Source of the DNA: Anaerolineae bacterium
GTDB taxonomy: Bacteria > Chloroflexota > Anaerolineae > S140-20
Length of the DNA stretch: 30,525 nt
Assembly (NCBI GenBank): GCA_027021705.1
Contig: JALUTT010000113.1
Coordinates: 1 to 30,525, forward strand
Direction: 5' to 3'
The notes under the pieces were generated by a model. The model made no database searches, had not been told where the DNA came from, and saw nothing but the letters and a program-made list of their open reading frames with translations. How positions within the stretch are numbered: position 1 is the stretch's first letter; the number at the start of each line of letters is the position of its first letter. Of the stretch, positions 28,349-30,525 are shown one piece after another. A program made the position numbers and the translations under genes.

Positions 28349-28377
28349 AGCCTAACATAGGCTGGAGAGATCGTCAA
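28349..28377 (-). promoter_or_regulatory. Predicted sigma70 promoter of gdhA-PFOR-DHOD-like operon
   Basis: TTGACG-17 nt-TAGGCT with TGn extension; overlapped by palindrome AGCCTA-ACA-TAGGCT. Confidence 0.65.
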
Positions 28378-28556
28378 GTGACAAGTTTCCCCCACGGTGC
28401 GTGACGTTTGTCTGAGTCAAATTTGGGTTGATCTCTCGCCGGTCACGCCGTGGCCGAGGCTCGAAATGTCCAGAAACCGCCGATGGCGCGCATTGAGCCG
28501 TGGGGCGCGTCCGTGGCGGGCCACTTAAACAGAGATCCGATGGCCGGCAGCCCGGT

Positions 28557-29318
28557 CTAGAGCAGGAGACGCAAGAGGAGGTAACCACCCAGCAGCGTGG
28601 TGACCCCGGCGTTCATCGTGCGCAGGCGACGAGGGGGAAGCCAACGGACGGTCAGGGCAGCCAGTGGGACGGAGAGGATCGCGCCCAGCAGAAGGGAGGG
28701 GGCCAGACTCCATCCTACACGACTTCCTCCGGCGACGAAGTAGGTGACAACGCCGACCAGACAAGCGAAGCTCTCGGCCAAGGCGGTGATTCCGATGGCC
28801 GTGCGGCTCTCGACACCGGCCAGGATCTGGCCGCCGACGACGAGGGGGCCGTACCCCCCGCCGCTGAGCCCTTTGTTGAAGGCAGCCAGCAGGCCCAACC
28901 CGGCTACCTTGGTCCACGAAAAGGCGAAATCCCGCTGGCGGTTCCAGATCAAGGCCAGTCCCAGTCCCAGGACCAGGAGGGCCACGTAGAGTTTCACCAG
29001 CAGGGGCGGGATGCTGATGGCGATGAGGACGGCCACGACCGTCCCCAGGAATCCGGCCGAGGAGAGCACTGCAGCGACCTTCATATCGTGGGATCCCCAG
29101 CGCAGGTTCACGTTGCCCAGCCCGTGGTGGGCCAGGCTGCTCAGCAGGCCGGCGATGAGCTGCGAGAGGAGCACTGCCGGGATCACTTCTCCAGGACTGT
29201 AGCCCATCATCAGGAGCACCGGGGTGATGGTGGTGCCATATCCCATGCCCAGGGCTGCCGCGGCGTACTCCAGGATGAGGGCCAGCACGGTGACTTCAGG
29301 ACTGAACGAGACGGTCAT
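28557..29318 (-). CDS. Sulfite exporter TauE/SafE family membrane protein
   Basis: LGMGYGT..TPVL, AHH.LGNV, AAFNKGLSGGGYGPLV..GQ, AIGIT.LAE; multiple TM helices; ATG at 29318 has AGGAGGT SD. Confidence 0.88.
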   Translation of the reverse strand: MTVSFSPEVTVLALILEYAAAALGMGYGTTITPVLLMMGYSPGEVIPAVLLSQLIAGLLSSLAHHGLGNVNLRWGSHDMKVAAVLSSAGFLGTVVAVLIAISIPPLLVKLYVALLVLGLGLALIWNRQRDFAFSWTKVAGLGLLAAFNKGLSGGGYGPLVVGGQILAGVESRTAIGITALAESFACLVGVVTYFVAGGSRVGWSLAPSLLLGAILSVPLAALTVRWLPPRRLRTMNAGVTTLLGGYLLLRLLL

Positions 29319-29610
29319 AGGTACCTCCTGCGGGAGGGTGCACATCCCTCGCCATAGGCAGAGGTCTGCTGGCCCGATAGCAGCACAGGAGCGGAACGGT
29401 AGTCACTTCCTTGAGTAGTGGTGATGTCTAAAGGTCGAAAACTCCTCCCAACTCCAGATATGGTCGTCAGGCCTATAGCCATGGCCGGCGTGCGCTTTCG
29501 ATGGGGTGCCAAGAGTAGGCCCAAAGGAGCGACCGCATTCTCAGCAGCACCACCGTTGCCAACCGTCACTCTCTGAAAGAGGTGCTCTCGTGTCCCTACA
29601 AAGTATACCA

Positions 29611-29760
29611 CCCGAAGCCCGTTTGCGCCACCTGGAGGGCCACTACGCCGACCGCGTCGCCGCCTTCCGCCAACGGCTCGCCGCCCTCGGCCCCGACCGG
29701 GTCCTCATCGTCCTCCTGGACATCGGCAAGAACGTCCACCGGGCCGGCGCCTGGACCGCC
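29611..29760 (+). pseudogene. Possible IS110-family transposase N-terminal fragment
   Basis: High-GC3 frame ...LGPDRVLIVLLDIGKNVH resembles the first catalytic motif (hhhGhDhxKxxH) of IS110 transposases; no start codon; cut by the repeat array. Confidence 0.45.
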
Positions 29761-30302
29761 GCTTTGTGCTCTTTGCGCTCTTGATGCCCTTCGTGTCTCT
29801 CGCCGTGACCGGAGCGGACGAGCTGTCAACGGATTGAGGAACGGATTGAACGGATGGGGGGCTTCATCGGCGTCCAGGCCGGCCTTCTTGACGGCCTCCT
29901 GGTCAACGAATGGGCGAACGAATAAACGAATGAGTTTGCTCTAGGGCGGATTGCTGTCAACGGATTGGGAGAGCGGGTTGAGCGGATGGGGGGCAGACTT
30001 CGGGAGTCTCGACCCAAGAGTTGTTCGCGCCAACCGGATTTTCGTGCCGCTTTGTGCTCTTTGCGCTCTTGATGCCCTTCGTGTCTCTCGCCGTGACCGG
30101 AGCGGACGAGCTGTCAACGGATTGAGGAACGGATTGAACGGATGGGGGGGGCAGACTTCGGGAGTCTCGACCCAAGAGTTGTTCGCGCCGACCGGATTTT
30201 CGTACTGCTTTGTGCTCTTTGCGCTCTTGGTGCCCTTCGTGTCTCTCGCCGTGACCGGAGCGGACGAGCTGTCAACGGATTGGGGAACGGATGGAACGGA
30301 TG
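29758..30302 (+). repeat. Array of ~157-bp near-identical non-coding units
   Basis: Full units at 29953-30109 and 30110-30267, partial copies at 29758-29861 and 30268-30302; each contains CTTTGTGCTCTTTGCGCTCTT and AACGGAT-type motifs. Confidence 0.92.
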
Positions 30303-30354
30303 AGGACTTCGTCCGACCGCCGACCAGGGGAGGCACCGAGGGCTGAGGTACTGA

Positions 30355-30399
30355 GGGGCAAGGGGCAGGGGGCAAGAGGCAGGGGGCAAGGGGCAAGGG
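30355..30399 (+). repeat. 7-bp tandem repeat (RGRGGCA), about 6 units
   Basis: AGGGGCA AGGGGCA GGGGGCA AGAGGCA GGGGGCA AGGGGCA AGG. Confidence 0.85.
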
Positions 30400-30418
30400 T
30401 GTTGAGTCTACCCACATC

Positions 30419-30493
30419 TTGACATTGTCATAAAGTTGGTGTAGGGTTGCCCCTGTCAAACCAACACCCCATCAGTCTGACAGGAGGCAACCC
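30419..30493 (+). promoter_or_regulatory. Promoter plus RBS-sequestering hairpin
   Basis: TTGACA-17 nt-TAGGGT; arm GGGTTGCCCCTGTCA (30444-30458) pairs with TGACAGGAGGCAACCC (30478-30493), which contains the AGGAGG SD. Confidence 0.65.
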
Positions 30494-30496
30494 CCT

Positions 30497-30525
30497 ATGA
30501 GTATCGCACGGAAATCCAAAAGACG
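30497..30525 (+). CDS. Start of a gene running off the window (MSIARKSKR...), possibly a transposase
   Basis: AGGAGG SD and ATG; only 9 codons visible, so the product cannot be assigned. Confidence 0.5.

Noticed and set aside
28342..28360. DtxR/IdeR iron box at the gdhA promoter
   Set aside because: Only about 13 of 19 positions match the consensus as I recall it, largely explained by the extended -10 box.
29535..29590. SAM-I riboswitch upstream of tauE (CAGAGAG..GGCAAC..GGTGC fragments)
   Set aside because: Elements are too closely spaced; the P2/kink-turn region and P1 pairing are missing.
29758..30302. CRISPR array
   Set aside because: Units are ~157 bp and near-identical throughout; there is no short-repeat/unique-spacer pattern and no cas gene in the window.

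Overview
High-GC bacterial window, most likely Chloroflexota/Anaerolineae (inferred from Pro-Thr-linker surface proteins, the Y(L/F)P(L/F)V motif and gene content). Almost all genes are on the minus strand. In coordinate order: PGI/PMI, rsmI, single-domain KaiC-like ATPase, two membrane proteins, PPIase lipoprotein; a large secreted glycosidase-like protein coupled to an AttH/CrtC-like protein; a Mec/JAMM-like gene and cysteine synthase; a divergent APC permease-USP fusion; a degenerate PP2C/TM/beta-propeller protein; a CotH-lamin-tail protein; a DHOD-like gene, PFOR and gdhA; tauE. The window also holds IS5, IS110-like and GNAT remnants and a repeat-rich right end. Strongest observations: (1) cysteine synthase is preceded by a near-consensus promoter, a 12-aa CxCxC leader ORF (MGCQCTCLKRRQ) and competing helices, a candidate cysteine-sensing attenuator, and is followed by a JAMM homolog with the catalytic Glu and all three zinc ligands substituted; (2) two copies of a ~157-bp MITE with site-specific flanking direct repeats both sit, in the same orientation, exactly 11 bp upstream of a predicted sigma70 -35 box, suggesting promoter-targeted transposition. 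All assignments come from motif recognition by eye; no searches were run.
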